Origin: Nitrosopumilales archaeon | GTDB lineage: Archaea > Thermoproteota > Nitrososphaeria > Nitrososphaerales > Nitrososphaeraceae | Reading direction: 5' to 3' | NCBI GenBank assembly: GCA_009665115.1 | Contig: WJXE01000001.1 | Span: 1 to 61,905, forward strand | DNA length: 61,905 nucleotides | Shown: positions 1 to 11,056 of the stretch, in pieces | How the letters are laid out: the number at the start of each line of letters is the position of its first letter | Position numbering within the stretch: the stretch's first letter is position 1 | Position numbers and translations under genes: made by a program | Notes under the pieces: model-generated | Seen by the model: only the letters and a program-made list of their open reading frames with translations | What the model was told of the DNA's origin: nothing | Databases searched by the model: none

Positions 1-305
1 GCTCAAATCTACGTGGGGGTAAAAAATCCGATAATGGTTATAATATCAGTCGGTATCACTGTAATTGGTTTTGAAGCCGCTATGGTCCTAGAATATGCTC
101 TAATCCAATCCGGATTAGGTTTGTTCCTTCTACATTCGCTGTCTCTAGATTTGATCTGCATTTCTCTTTTCTACTTATAATTCTCATCTTGGTTGAACTG
201 AAATCAGAACCATTTATCTACGAGGAACTTAACGTATGTCGATTGTATCATAAGATACTATGCAGTGGTTTCAAGTATAGTATCATAATTATTTCGTTGT
301 ACAAG

Positions 306-599
306 CTAGGTTGTACGATCTCTGCCTAAGTCTGCTAGGTTTACAAATGAACTAAACACGAAACGCGCATTACATCTCTGGCGATTATTATCGCTACTCC
401 CAGTACCATTAGCGTCGTTAACATCTCCACCGTTAGCGTCGTGACTGCCAATACTACGAACATCCTGCTGCTGTACTAACCTTATTGCTATTCCTATGGC
501 CAATGTTATTCCAAAACCAATTACGTAAGTGAGAGGTCTTTGATGTCTTGACATATGAACAATAGAAATCTGGCATTGTTTAAGCACCGGTAGAGTCAA
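306..599 (-). CDS. Hypothetical small membrane protein (doubtful)
   Basis: One hydrophobic stretch (YVIGFGITLAIGIAIRLV) followed by a D/N/G-rich tail; no family recognised. Confidence 0.3.
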   Translation of the reverse strand: MTLPVLKQCQISIVHMSRHQRPLTYVIGFGITLAIGIAIRLVQQQDVRSIGSHDANGGDVNDANGTGSSDNNRQRCNARFVFSSFVNLADLGRDRTT

Positions 600-1075
600 A
601 CGCTAAAGAGATAATGATTATCTGGATTGTCGATTAGTCTAAGCCGAGGGTATTATTACTGAGCTCAAAAGAAAAAATTGCAAATGGTCAACTCAAATAA
701 GTTCACACTGCTAAAAGACCTTGTTAACTAATGGAGATCATGAGCGCCCGACGATGATAGAAGCTTGGAGAGTGAATGAAACGAACTATCCTTATTCATC
801 AGGCGCTCAGATCTATATGTAGTACTACAGCAATATTATAGCTTCTTCTCTCGCATCCGATACATGAATTCCAGAGTCGCAGGGAAACGAAGAATTTCAT
901 AAACATCTGCTTTTTTTCAGAGGATATGTCGAATTACGAATTTATGAGGAACCTATCGTTACCTGCAGTATGAAAAAAATGAAAATTGCTCACTTCCAAA
1001 GAAAATGGCCATATTTCACGTTTTTTGAGTACAAATAGATATAGATTATTTTTCCGTACTATACTACTACAAAAG

Positions 1076-1222
1076 TTATTCTCGAATTTTTTCTAGTCCA
1101 ACACAACAATCGGCGCTCTTTATACATTCTGGACAAAGATTTAATTCGCTGGATGTCGGAAGCGAACATCCGCACAATGGACATTCCTTCTTGGAAGTCT
1201 CCTCATTCTTGCGCAGTAACAT
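1076..1222 (-). CDS. Small Cys-rich zinc-ribbon-like protein
   Basis: CPLCG...CPEC...CC motifs; likely start is the ATG at 1222 (MLLRK) within ORF 1076..1279. Confidence 0.45.
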   Translation of the reverse strand: MLLRKNEETSKKECPLCGCSLPTSSELNLCPECIKSADCCVGLEKIRE

Positions 1223-1385
1223 CTCCTTCTTTGGCAATATATCGAGATGATAATCAATCACACTATTTGAACTCTTCATACTTCATCAATAACGTTCATT
1301 TTCGTATTATCGTCGTCAGTACTATTCCCTCTGCCGTTCCACTTTTTAAATCCTAAAAAAGCTAGTGCTTAAGTCTTTTGATGAG

Positions 1386-1889
1386 TTATAAGAGGCCGGA
1401 CTCGTGAAGATTGTCAAGCAAGGGGGCTAATTTTGTTATAACCTCTATCTCGCCTAGTATAAAATCTGAGCCTATGCTGAGGACTATTGATAGCATGTTT
1501 CTATCTTCTCTTGCAGTATATATGCCACTACCAACTATGTTGAATTCTCGATGATTTTCAGCAATCCATCGCTTCCATAACCTCGTTCTTTCCAAGTTTG
1601 TCTCGAGTGATTCAATAGTATAATCCAAATCTATTCCCTCCTGTACATCTAGTAGATTGAGCTTCAACATAGGAACCAGGAGATTTCCTCCCGATACCTT
1701 TGCTTTGGATTTATTTAGTTCGTCTGTATGTTCGTCATTAAGCTCGCCTGTTTCCCCCGATTCAACGGATCCATATCTTGGGAAGAAGTAACCTGTTAAT
1801 TTTTTGTCCCAATCATAAATCTTGTACAGGCTATTCTCATAATCAACTTTCCATTTGAGTTTTTTCTTATTCTTATTTATACCCAACAC
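1386..1889 (-). CDS. Hypothetical protein
   Basis: 167-aa ORF with normal composition; no motif recognised. Confidence 0.7.
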   Translation of the reverse strand: MLGINKNKKKLKWKVDYENSLYKIYDWDKKLTGYFFPRYGSVESGETGELNDEHTDELNKSKAKVSGGNLLVPMLKLNLLDVQEGIDLDYTIESLETNLERTRLWKRWIAENHREFNIVGSGIYTAREDRNMLSIVLSIGSDFILGEIEVITKLAPLLDNLHESGLL

Positions 1890-2139
1890 TCAAGTATAAC
1901 ACTACTACCTGCGAGAAGAGTAAGTGTAATAAAATCATTTACAGCAAGACAAGTGATTGTCATCGAACTGAGCATATGCTGCAATCTTCGATCTGCTCTG
2001 AAACATGTGTATAACAACTATTGATCCGATAAATATAGAACTAAAGCCGCTGTTCATACTATATCTTCTAACACTTCCACATAGGGATCAGAATCAGCCG
2101 CAAGAGAATAGTTCTTACTCTTGCAAGTCTCCAATTTTT

Positions 2140-2746
2140 TCAGTCACTTCGATTCCGAAGGGCGCCAGAGAGTGCGCTGTAATATTTACCAGTTCTATTT
2201 GTGCAACTTCTTGGAGATATTACCTTGCCATCTTTGTCATACAGAGTAGCACTGACAAATGAGTTCGTTGCAGTTTGCGACTCTAAGTTTACGCTTATAG
2301 AGTAGAATCCCAATATGTCGAGTCTTGAGTTATCAGAGTGATCCTGCAATTATTCTAGCTGGGTTTTAACTGCGTTACGGAACCCATCGAAGACAGTTCA
2401 TAACTCATCACGGCCATAACAGTCCCGTCGGCTGTAATGATTCAGCGATGTTAAGCAGTCTCTGAAATTTTGTTATGTAACTAGTCGTAATTTTGATCAT
2501 TGTCGCGTTGTCATATTGTTTTGATTGCCATTTCCTATCTCGTTTTGAAAACTGAGTTATTGAAGGCGAGTCTGAAATAAGTTTTTCATATAAATCTGAA
2601 AAGTTTTGTGCCTTTCTAATTGAAACATCTATCCAAATATCACAATCACTGCTATTACCCCTGATACGATAAAAGTTATCGCTTTTTATTTTTGTTTTAG
2701 ATTCACAGGTTGTAGGATGATCATCTTGAGCGAAATATAAAAACAT
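2140..2746 (-). pseudogene. Fragmented gene; distal piece resembles an FxLYD-domain protein
   Basis: ORF 2140..2349 contains FVSATLYDKDGKVI; it is broken from the upstream ORF 2408..2746. Confidence 0.35.
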
Positions 2747-2969
2747 TACAAACGAGACAGGAAATTTTTTTATTTGTTTTCATTAGTACTATCAGTAGTA
2801 CCACAAGCAGACGGACATCAGGGGGCCGCGACTGAAATCACATCGTGTCCTTAGCAGCGGGATAGATGAACATGATTAATATTTTGAAAAAACTGAGGCG
2901 GAAGGAAGAAATATCCAGTGCTTGTCTGACAGACAAACAATATAATCAATTGGGACTTACTGATAAACA

Positions 2970-4382
2970 CTAGCCAACAGAATGAAGTCTTGATGCTCCC
3001 TCAACTATGCCCCAAATGGTTCTCTTCTTATGATCGATTAGTTCAACTGAATATTCATCAACCAATTTCTTTCGTATCGCATCCGATTCATAGAATTTCT
3101 TTTGTTCTCGTAATTGATCGCGCATGCTTATCAAACTTTCAATTTCTTTTTTCTCGATATCGTTGGCTTCGATAACCCGAAGGCCCAAAACGTTCATGAT
3201 ATTATTGAAAACTACGCCGGCGATTTTAGACATATCTGCCGTCAATTTTTCTTCTGCTGCATAGCGATTTAACTCGGTGACAAGCTTAAGAAACGCAGTG
3301 AAAGCTAAAGAAGTGTTTAAATTATCTTCCATCGCAGATTCAAAAGCCTTCATTGTCTGATCAGACAATTGTTCCACTTCTGTTAGGTAACCCTTATTTC
3401 CTATCGCAAAACGTAATTCACAAGCGCAAGTCTCTATCTGACGCCATTTATGCTTAGACTCGTTTAGTAATTTCTCTGAGTAGTCCAAAGGTTTTGAATA
3501 ATGTACAGAAACGCTGTAAATTCGTATACTGTTAGGTCCCCATCTGCTTAGAGCATCCTGGATTGTTACAATATTGCCCAAGGATTTGGACATTTTTTCA
3601 GAATTGACAGTTACCATTCCTGAATGTATCCATATTTTTGCAAACTGTTTTCCTGAAAAAGATTCCGATTGAGCAATCTCATTCTCATGATGAGGAAAGA
3701 CAAGATCGTATCCACCTCCGTGGATCTCGAAAGGGCTTTCAAAATATTTCAAAGCCATCGCAGAACACTCAATATGCCACCCAGGTCTCCCCATTCCCCA
3801 AGGACTATCCCATACTGGAGGATCAGAATAGAATTTCCATAGAGCAAAATCAAGTGGATCTTCCTTTGATTGATCAATTTCGATTCGAGCTCCTACGTCT
3901 AAGTCTTCGATTGATTTTTTCGACAACTTGCCATAACCTGAAAATGATCTTACACGAAAATAAATCCCGTTAGGTGAAAGATACGCATAACCTTTTTTCA
4001 TCAGTGCACTGATAAGCTGTATCATTTCTCGTATGTGCTCTGTAGCTCTGGGATATCGATCGGCCACCAATACGTTTAGGGAATTGAAATCCTTGAAGTA
4101 ATTCTGTATGTACCTAGACGCGACTTCCTCCACTGTCACTCCCTCCTGTGTTGCACGATTTATTATCTTATCATCAACGTCTGTAAAATTCTGGATAAAT
4201 TCTACGGGACAATTCTTGGAAAGGAGGTAGCGGCGTAGAATATCGAATACCACAATCGTTCTAGCATGACCAACATGCGAATTATCATAAACTGTCACGC
4301 CACAGAGATAAATTCTCGTGGAGGCAGCTCCGTCACAGTTCAAGTCGTCAAGGCGCCTTGTTAACGTGTTATATACTTTCAA
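2970..4382 (-). CDS. cysS: Cysteine--tRNA ligase
   Basis: CGVTVYD, HVGH (HIGH), GRPGWHIECSAM and KMSKS motifs. Confidence 0.98.
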   Translation of the reverse strand: MKVYNTLTRRLDDLNCDGAASTRIYLCGVTVYDNSHVGHARTIVVFDILRRYLLSKNCPVEFIQNFTDVDDKIINRATQEGVTVEEVASRYIQNYFKDFNSLNVLVADRYPRATEHIREMIQLISALMKKGYAYLSPNGIYFRVRSFSGYGKLSKKSIEDLDVGARIEIDQSKEDPLDFALWKFYSDPPVWDSPWGMGRPGWHIECSAMALKYFESPFEIHGGGYDLVFPHHENEIAQSESFSGKQFAKIWIHSGMVTVNSEKMSKSLGNIVTIQDALSRWGPNSIRIYSVSVHYSKPLDYSEKLLNESKHKWRQIETCACELRFAIGNKGYLTEVEQLSDQTMKAFESAMEDNLNTSLAFTAFLKLVTELNRYAAEEKLTADMSKIAGVVFNNIMNVLGLRVIEANDIEKKEIESLISMRDQLREQKKFYESDAIRKKLVDEYSVELIDHKKRTIWGIVEGASRLHSVG

Positions 4383-4516
4383 TGGGATGAACCCTTATCT
4401 CTGGGGATTACTATTCAATTCGGGTTCTTTGCGTTGTACTGCATAGACAGGTGTCAATTTTCTTATTGATAGATGCCGGTGATATGCTCTGTTAGTATAA
4501 GTAAATTTGGGAAATA

Positions 4517-4822
4517 CTAAACATCTACATAAATGTCGTTTCCCTTGATGTCAACATCATAAGTTGTAAGTTTGACTCCTCCAAGATAATCAAGGAGTTC
4601 GCCTGTCCTAATATTATAGTGCCATGAATGTAGAGGACATTCAACAATCTCTCCATCTACCTTTCCTGGGGCCAAAGAACCATCTTGATGTCTGCAAAGA
4701 GCCTCAACAGCATAATACTTTCCGTTTGCGTTAAATAATGCTATTCTAATCCCGTTTACGTTCAGCTCCTTTCCCTTACCTACTATGATCTCATCTTTGA
4801 CAGCTACCTTGATCCTAGTCAT
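4517..4822 (-). CDS. Rieske [2Fe-2S] ferredoxin
   Basis: CRH...CPLH Rieske ligand motifs, 101 aa. Confidence 0.92.
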   Translation of the reverse strand: MTRIKVAVKDEIIVGKGKELNVNGIRIALFNANGKYYAVEALCRHQDGSLAPGKVDGEIVECPLHSWHYNIRTGELLDYLGGVKLTTYDVDIKGNDIYVDV

Positions 4823-4987
4823 TTCGCATGTTGTGTTGTGACTTTTCAGGCTATAAAACGTTTTTTGTTATGAGCAGGAGCATTCTTTTTCGGCTCCCCG
4901 GCATGTAAACGAAAACAACCGGAATAAATAAGTCTAGAAACAATATATGGCGCTACGATAGAATAAAACCGGAATTACAGATATAAA

Positions 4988-5989
4988 TCATGGAAATATC
5001 TGCCTCACGTCTTGAAATCTTTTTCTTAGTGTTACAATACTGGTGTCGCCTGCCGCTGCGATTTGTGCTTGGCTAACCTTTTCACCTTCCTTTAGACACG
5101 GGGCGTATAATACAGCCACAGCAAGTGCATTAGGATCTTTGCCATGCGATATCGGAGTCTCCTTTACAATAGAAAGCATCTGAAGGGCTCTGCGGGAAGC
5201 CTTTTCGCTTACTCGCCCCCTATTAGCTATCTTGGCCAGGTACACGTTCGAATCAATTATCGGCAAATGAAGTCTTAGATGCCTAAGAAGTAACCTGTAA
5301 CATTTACCAGCAAATATAGTGTCTGCATTAGCAGTTTGTGCTATTTCAACTAGCGTTCTTGGCACATTCAATTCTCTGCATGCCGCATAGGCGTGTAGAC
5401 CTCCCTTTGATAATTCGTTTGTCCAGAGCCTTTCGATAATTATAAGCAGATTTTTCTATAAGCTCATCGTTTAGCGACAGTTTATTTTTACAGTGCTTAA
5501 AATAGCAAAGGCATTTTTCAGATTTCTATGATAGCTTCTGTTATTGCTCGAAATCTTGTTCCAGTGCCTCATTCGTTGAATCTTAGCCATCTGTTCAGGG
5601 CTGATCACACCACCGTTTGCGTCCACATTTGAATAAGAGATGAATGTTGAAAGCCCCATATCGTGAAACGCTAACGAAGTTGGCATACCTGTTCTGCTCT
5701 TGCTTTGGATATCGTCTCCTGAGTATATTCCCCATTCACCGCCTAACGATTCGGCATTCTCTTGGAGAACCACCCCACATTTGCTACAGACGGTCTCATT
5801 AGTTTCGGAATCGAAAAGGATCGCATTGCTGTTACATAGACCGCAAATGTCGAGATCGTTTGCACTAGCTTGCACCAGTCCCTCTTTTTTTTGTAATCTA
5901 TGCATCGGTTCGTTAGTCGCAGAATACGCAAGATAACTAATCGAGCCCTTCTGATGAGGGTCTGTCGAGATTTTTGCCAAAGGTATCAA
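4988..5989 (-). pseudogene. tfb: Transcription initiation factor IIB (TFB), frameshifted
   Basis: Zn ribbon CGLC..CSKCG and HDMGLST in 5471..5989. A -1 indel in an A-run near 5488 is followed by KNKLSLNDELIEKSAYNYRKA and the cyclin repeats (GKDP..LAVAVLY). There is an apparent short deletion after IIKG. May be a sequence error. Confidence 0.85.
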
Positions 5990-6108
5990 CGATGACCGAA
6001 ATGTAATAAGGAACGTGTGTACATCTTTGCAATTACGACTTGACTTGAACAGAAATCAACACAAATGGCTACAAACACCCCACTATTTATTACCTTGGCG
6101 AGTATCGT

Positions 6109-6676
6109 TTGCTTGATAGTAGTTTGGGAGGTATCACAAGTTCTGACGCGCGCTCGGATACAATAACCAGATCTTTTAGATTTGGTCTGGATTTATCTAA
6201 AGTTTTGGACGACGAGGCAGAAAGAATGGGCATCTCCGTTAACGCATTGGTAGGAACTATCTTGAAAAGATATGCAGAATTTACCCGATACCTATCGAAA
6301 ATAGACATGGTAGTTATAAATAGAGAGTTCATAACATCCTTGCTCGAATCACATGATGAAGAGTCTATACACTCTTGGGCTAAAACTTGGGGAAACGGTA
6401 GCGAGGGACACGATTCTGTTCTGGAAAAAGGAGCTTACCGAGCGATCAGTCCTAGAGTACATTGAAAAAATAATTTGCCGATATGGCCATCTCGGTACGT
6501 ATGATGAGGTCTCTCAAGCTGACAACCGAATTATAGTGATCAGACACAGATTAGGAAGAAAAGGTTCCAAATTCTTCGAAGGATATCTGAGGTCCGCCTT
6601 GAAGAATATAATCGAGAGAGATGCCGTGTTCGAGGTGACCGACTCCTCTGTAAAATTTGACCTTAGAAGTAGGTAG
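6109..6676 (+). pseudogene. Conserved hypothetical protein (ribbon-helix-helix-like N-terminus) split by a frameshift near 6368
   Basis: ORFs 6109..6465 and 6353..6676 join at HDEESI/YTLGLKLG; 2 nt are missing in an AT run. Confidence 0.65.
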
Positions 6677-6758
6677 AAGCTACCTTGCGATAGGACATGG
6701 TTAAGGTATCCAAAAGGTTCATAAATTGATGCTTGGATCCAACAAGAGTACATCCATT

Positions 6759-7367
6759 ATGTTTGAAATAGTGCATATGAGTGATGTAGTTAGAATTCCT
6801 CCTAGTAGATTAAAAAACTCATTGAAGGATACAGCTATTGGAATTTTAAAAGAAAAATACGAGAGTATGATCAGTCCTGAGCTCGGATACGTCATAATGA
6901 TCATTGATGCTATTGCCAATTCAGTTGGTAAACTGGTGGCAGGCGACGGTGCTACCTACCATAGGGTAACCTTCAAGGCATTAACGTTCTATCCAAAGTT
7001 GCAGGAGGTGGTGGAGGGCGAGGTAGTCGAAATTACTGATTTCGGAGCTTTTGTGAGAATTGGGCCGACTGATGCGTTGTTACACCTGTCGCAGATTACC
7101 GATGATTATCTGAGAAGCGACGTTAAGCAAGGTGTCATAGTCGCCAATCAAACAGCCAAGAGTCTAAAAATTGGCTCGCGTATACGCGCAAGGGTTACAG
7201 CCATAAGTCTTGGCAAGGGAGCCGCAATGGGAAAAATAGGCATAACCTGCAGACAACCATTCCTTGGTGCTACTGAATGGATTGAACAGGAGGTGCTTAG
7301 AGCAAAGCAGCCACCGGCGGCAGTACCTCTGAAGGAAAAGAAAGGCGGAGCAGGTGGGAATAAATAA
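6759..7367 (+). CDS. rpoE1: DNA-directed RNA polymerase subunit E' (Rpo7)
   Basis: VRIPP, GDGATYH and S1 domain FGAFVRIGPTDALLHLSQI; likely ATG at 6759. Confidence 0.96.
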   Translation: MFEIVHMSDVVRIPPSRLKNSLKDTAIGILKEKYESMISPELGYVIMIIDAIANSVGKLVAGDGATYHRVTFKALTFYPKLQEVVEGEVVEITDFGAFVRIGPTDALLHLSQITDDYLRSDVKQGVIVANQTAKSLKIGSRIRARVTAISLGKGAAMGKIGITCRQPFLGATEWIEQEVLRAKQPPAAVPLKEKKGGAGGNK

Positions 7368-7556
7368 TTGGCTAGGGAAGTAGCTTGTAAAAAGTGCAAA
7401 GCTGTCACAGTTGGAAAGGTTTGCCCAGTTTGTAAGTCGGCTGATCTAAGCCCAGACTGGTCTGGCATTATCCTGATTTTTGAGCCGGCAAAATCTATGG
7501 TGGCGGCCACACTCGATATAACAGTTCCACATAAATACGCGCTCAAGGTGGCTTAA
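7368..7556 (+). CDS. spt4: Transcription elongation factor Spt4 (RpoE'')
   Basis: ACKKC...CPVC...WSGIILI...YALKV, directly after rpoE1. Confidence 0.95.
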   Translation: MAREVACKKCKAVTVGKVCPVCKSADLSPDWSGIILIFEPAKSMVAATLDITVPHKYALKVA

Positions 7557-7574
7557 TCGTGACAAAAAAGAAAG

Positions 7575-8462
7575 ATGAAGAATTTACGTGCATATCTTGA
7601 GGTTAGAGAATCACTAATTAGTTTCTTACAGCAGGACGTGGGCACTGGGGACGTTACTAGCGAAAGCGTTCTCTCACCAGATCTCTCTGCTTGCGCCCAA
7701 ATTATCTGTAAATCCGGAAAATCGGCAATAATAGCTGGTCTTGAGGAAGCCGGAATCCTTTTCGACATTTGTAGGTGCAGGGTTCAGACCTTAGTAACAG
7801 ACGGATCTCGTGTAGAAGATGGCAGTGTAGTAATGAATATTTCTGGCAGAGCGCTCGCTATACTCCAAGCAGAGAGAACCGCATTAAATCTGATAATGAG
7901 AATGAGCGGGATTGCAACGGAAACTCGGAAACTTGTTGAGATGGTTGGAAAAATTAACAGATCCATAAAAGTTGCTTGTACCCGGAAGACCGCTCCAGGA
8001 CTGAGATCTTTCGACAAAAAAGCTGTACTATTAGGAGGTGGAGTGACCCATAGGATTAGACTTGATGACATGGCCTTGATAAAGGATAATCATCTGGTAT
8101 TGGCAGACTCGATAGAACAATCTATCAGACTGGCGAGAGAAAAAATTAATGGATGTTTATTATTGGAATGTGAAGTAAAGAATTTGGCCGAAATGGTCTC
8201 CGCGGTTAGGGCAGGGTCAGATATCGTAATGCTCGATAACTTTTCTCCAAAGCAAGCAAAAGATGCAATAACCCAGATTAGAAAAATGGGCGTTCGCAAA
8301 AAAGTCAAAGTAGAGATTTCAGGAAGGATTGATCCGCATAACATAGCTGATTACGCAAAGTTACAACCTGATATTATTTCGCTCGGATACCTAACACATT
8401 CTCCAAAAGCAATTGATTATAGCCTAGAGATAATGAGCAACAGTGATTGCCAGCCATCTTAG
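7575..8462 (+). CDS. nadC: Nicotinate-nucleotide diphosphorylase (quinolinate phosphoribosyltransferase)
   Basis: ERTALN, TRKTAPGLR, HR..L.D..LIKDNH and MLDNF motifs. Confidence 0.97.
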   Translation: MKNLRAYLEVRESLISFLQQDVGTGDVTSESVLSPDLSACAQIICKSGKSAIIAGLEEAGILFDICRCRVQTLVTDGSRVEDGSVVMNISGRALAILQAERTALNLIMRMSGIATETRKLVEMVGKINRSIKVACTRKTAPGLRSFDKKAVLLGGGVTHRIRLDDMALIKDNHLVLADSIEQSIRLAREKINGCLLLECEVKNLAEMVSAVRAGSDIVMLDNFSPKQAKDAITQIRKMGVRKKVKVEISGRIDPHNIADYAKLQPDIISLGYLTHSPKAIDYSLEIMSNSDCQPS

Positions 8463-8504
8463 TTCACTACTCACACCTTCTTCCTTCCCCTTTGTATTCT
8501 TCAG

Positions 8505-9476
8505 TCACGATATTGCTAGCATACGCTCGATGGCAGCTCGTGCTTTCACAGCGGTTTTAGGAGGAACTTTAACTTGATACACGTTATTAATAAGCGAATT
8601 TTGAATTTTTTCCAAATTGATCAATTTCATATATTTGCATATAGCGTCTTTCTTAATAGGTATGAATTGTTTATGTGGATTTTCCTTCTTCATTCTGTAG
8701 AGTATACCCGTTTCTGTTGCAACTACAAACTGCTTTGCAGCGGATGCGGATGCGTGTTTCATCATTCCTTCGGTGGAAAGTATATGTGCAGATTTTTCCA
8801 ATTCTCCAGTCGCGATATGATACAATGTTGTTGAGGTACAACCACACTCCGGATGCACCAGAAAATCAGCATTGTTGAAATTCTGGAACATCTCATTAAT
8901 GTCTTGAGCCTTTATACCAGCGTGCACGTGACATTCACCGGGCCAAATGTACATGTTTTTCCTCTTTGTCATTTTAGCTACGTATGATCCGAGAAACATA
9001 TCTGGCAGGAATAGTATTTCTCTATTCGAGGGTATGCTGTTCACTACATTAACCGCATTAGAAGATGTACAACAGTAATCTGACAGGGCCTTTACTTCTG
9101 CTGTGGTGTTAACGTAACTTACTACTACAGCATCATGATGCTCGGCTATCCAAGATTTCAATTCACGGGCATTAATACTAGCAGCGAGCGAACAGCCTGC
9201 GTCAGGATCAGGAATTAAAACTTGCTTATCTGGACATATGATAGCAGCGGTCTCCGCCATGAAGTGCACACCACAGAACACTATAGTATCGGCGTCTGAC
9301 TGGGCGGCAGTTCGTGAGAGTGCTAATGAATCACCTATAACATCCGCTACATCTTGCACTTCAGGCAGCTGATAGTTATGTGCTAGAATCACTGCGTTTT
9401 TTTCCTTCTTCAAGGATAGCACTCGATGTTTGTAGTCTGCTTCAAGCATCATAATCGTGCATGTCTCACAGCACAT
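8505..9476 (-). CDS. nadA: Quinolinate synthase
   Basis: ILAHNYQ, FCGVHFMAE, GCSLA, CHVH and HPEC; true start may be a later Met near 9452. Confidence 0.97.
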   Translation of the reverse strand: MCCETCTIMMLEADYKHRVLSLKKEKNAVILAHNYQLPEVQDVADVIGDSLALSRTAAQSDADTIVFCGVHFMAETAAIICPDKQVLIPDPDAGCSLAASINARELKSWIAEHHDAVVVSYVNTTAEVKALSDYCCTSSNAVNVVNSIPSNREILFLPDMFLGSYVAKMTKRKNMYIWPGECHVHAGIKAQDINEMFQNFNNADFLVHPECGCTSTTLYHIATGELEKSAHILSTEGMMKHASASAAKQFVVATETGILYRMKKENPHKQFIPIKKDAICKYMKLINLEKIQNSLINNVYQVKVPPKTAVKARAAIERMLAIS

Positions 9477-9843
9477 TTAAATGAGTATAATCGAGGAGAT
9501 GATTGCCCTACTAGTTCATGTCGTAGGCAATACTTGCCACTATAGTTGTGTTGAGATGAATGTGCATATGTATATATAAGATGTAGCTTCAATAATCGTC
9601 AGCAATGCCAACGCATGGATCTCTGACGAAGGCGGGGAAGGTAAGGGGGCAGACTCCGAAAATTCAAGGGAAGGTAAGACTAAGCCCTGTCTCAAAGTTG
9701 CGTAATAAGAATAACTTTATTAAACGCTTTGAGAAAAGGCGACCACCAGGGCAGAAGAGGCCAGAGCGAGGCGGAAGACGTTAGAAAATTAACAAGCCTG
9801 AAGTAATGAGCAGCCACTACGATTCTATCGAAGTAAAAAATTA

Positions 9844-10686
9844 GTGTTTGTGATGAAGGTTTGCCTTATAGGTTGTGGAACTATTGGAAGCGAACTAGCG
9901 GTAGCCATAGATTCTGGTAAAGTAGGAAGCGCTACGCTTGTAGCGTTATTTGATACCGTCGAAGATGCAGCACAGAAACTGAAATTGCGATTACGCAAGG
10001 ACAATGTAGCTCTATTTTCAAACTTTTCAGAATTGGCTTCTTCTTCTGAATTCAAAGATGCGGACATCGTTATTGAGGCTGCCTCTCAAGCAGCGGCTAA
10101 AACCTTTAGTAAACATGTTGTTGAAAATAAGAAGGATCTGCTCATAATGAGCGTTGGGGCATTAGCAGACGAGTTCTTCTTATCCCAATTGTTGAGTGAG
10201 GTCTACACGAATGGAAATCATATTTATGTCCCCTCCGGTGCGATCGCGGGCATAGATGCGATTAGGAGTGTAAAAGGAATGCTAGATTCAGTGACGCTCA
10301 CAACAACAAAAAATCCCAGAGCTCTAGCCGGTGCTCCTTTTTTTAATTCCGAGCCTACAAGATTGAATTCCATAAAAAAAAAGACCCTGGTTTATCAAGG
10401 GACCGCAGCAGACGCAGTCAACAAATTTCCTGCCAATATCAACGTTGCGGCAGTACTCAGCCTTGCAGGAATTGGCATTCAACAAACGAAAGTCAAAATC
10501 ATTGCGGATCCTAATATTACTGTAAATCAACATCAAATTGAGGCGACGGGTGCTTTCGGAGAGATGTCTATAACCGTGCGAAATGTTCCAAGCCCGAATA
10601 ATCCAAAGACCAGTTTTCTCGCAATACTTTCAGCAATAGAATGCTTGCGGTCAATATGCGAGCCCGGAATTAAAGTTGGAACTTAA
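9844..10686 (+). CDS. nadX: L-aspartate dehydrogenase
   Basis: GCGTIG, MSVGAL, PSGAIAGID, FPANINVAA and NPKTS; clustered with nadA and nadC. Confidence 0.95.
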   Translation: MFVMKVCLIGCGTIGSELAVAIDSGKVGSATLVALFDTVEDAAQKLKLRLRKDNVALFSNFSELASSSEFKDADIVIEAASQAAAKTFSKHVVENKKDLLIMSVGALADEFFLSQLLSEVYTNGNHIYVPSGAIAGIDAIRSVKGMLDSVTLTTTKNPRALAGAPFFNSEPTRLNSIKKKTLVYQGTAADAVNKFPANINVAAVLSLAGIGIQQTKVKIIADPNITVNQHQIEATGAFGEMSITVRNVPSPNNPKTSFLAILSAIECLRSICEPGIKVGT

Positions 10687-10756
10687 ACACACACCGGATC
10701 GCGCTTTTGACAGTTTATATATGGTTCATTATCTGACTTGAGTTAAGGTATTAAGA

Positions 10757-11056
10757 ATGAGCTACGGAGGATTCAGAAGAAACGATAACTTTGGTCCAAA
10801 ACCAGTCGAAACTGGTAAAGACTATGACGTACAGATTACAGAGATCAGTAGGAAAGGTGACGGTATTGCAAGGATACAGGGATTTGTAATCTTTGTGAAG
10901 AACGGTAAGGTAGGTCAGAACGCCAAGATTCGAGTGGTGCAGGTCGGAAACAGGTTCGCAACTGCTGAAATTGTGAATGGGGGACCATCGTCCACATCAT
11001 CGTCGCCAGCCTCAACGTCGACAACGGAATCATCTAGCGAGCAAGTCACAAGTTAA
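10757..11056 (+). CDS. Single TRAM-domain RNA-binding protein
   Basis: PKPVE.G..YDV.I...SRKGDGIARIQGFVIFV; Ser/Thr-rich tail. Confidence 0.93.
   Translation: MSYGGFRRNDNFGPKPVETGKDYDVQITEISRKGDGIARIQGFVIFVKNGKVGQNAKIRVVQVGNRFATAEIVNGGPSSTSSSPASTSTTESSSEQVTS

Noticed and set aside
409-441. Duplicated TTAGCGTCGT (DANG twice)
   Set aside because: Only two copies inside a doubtful ORF; not a CRISPR or iteron array
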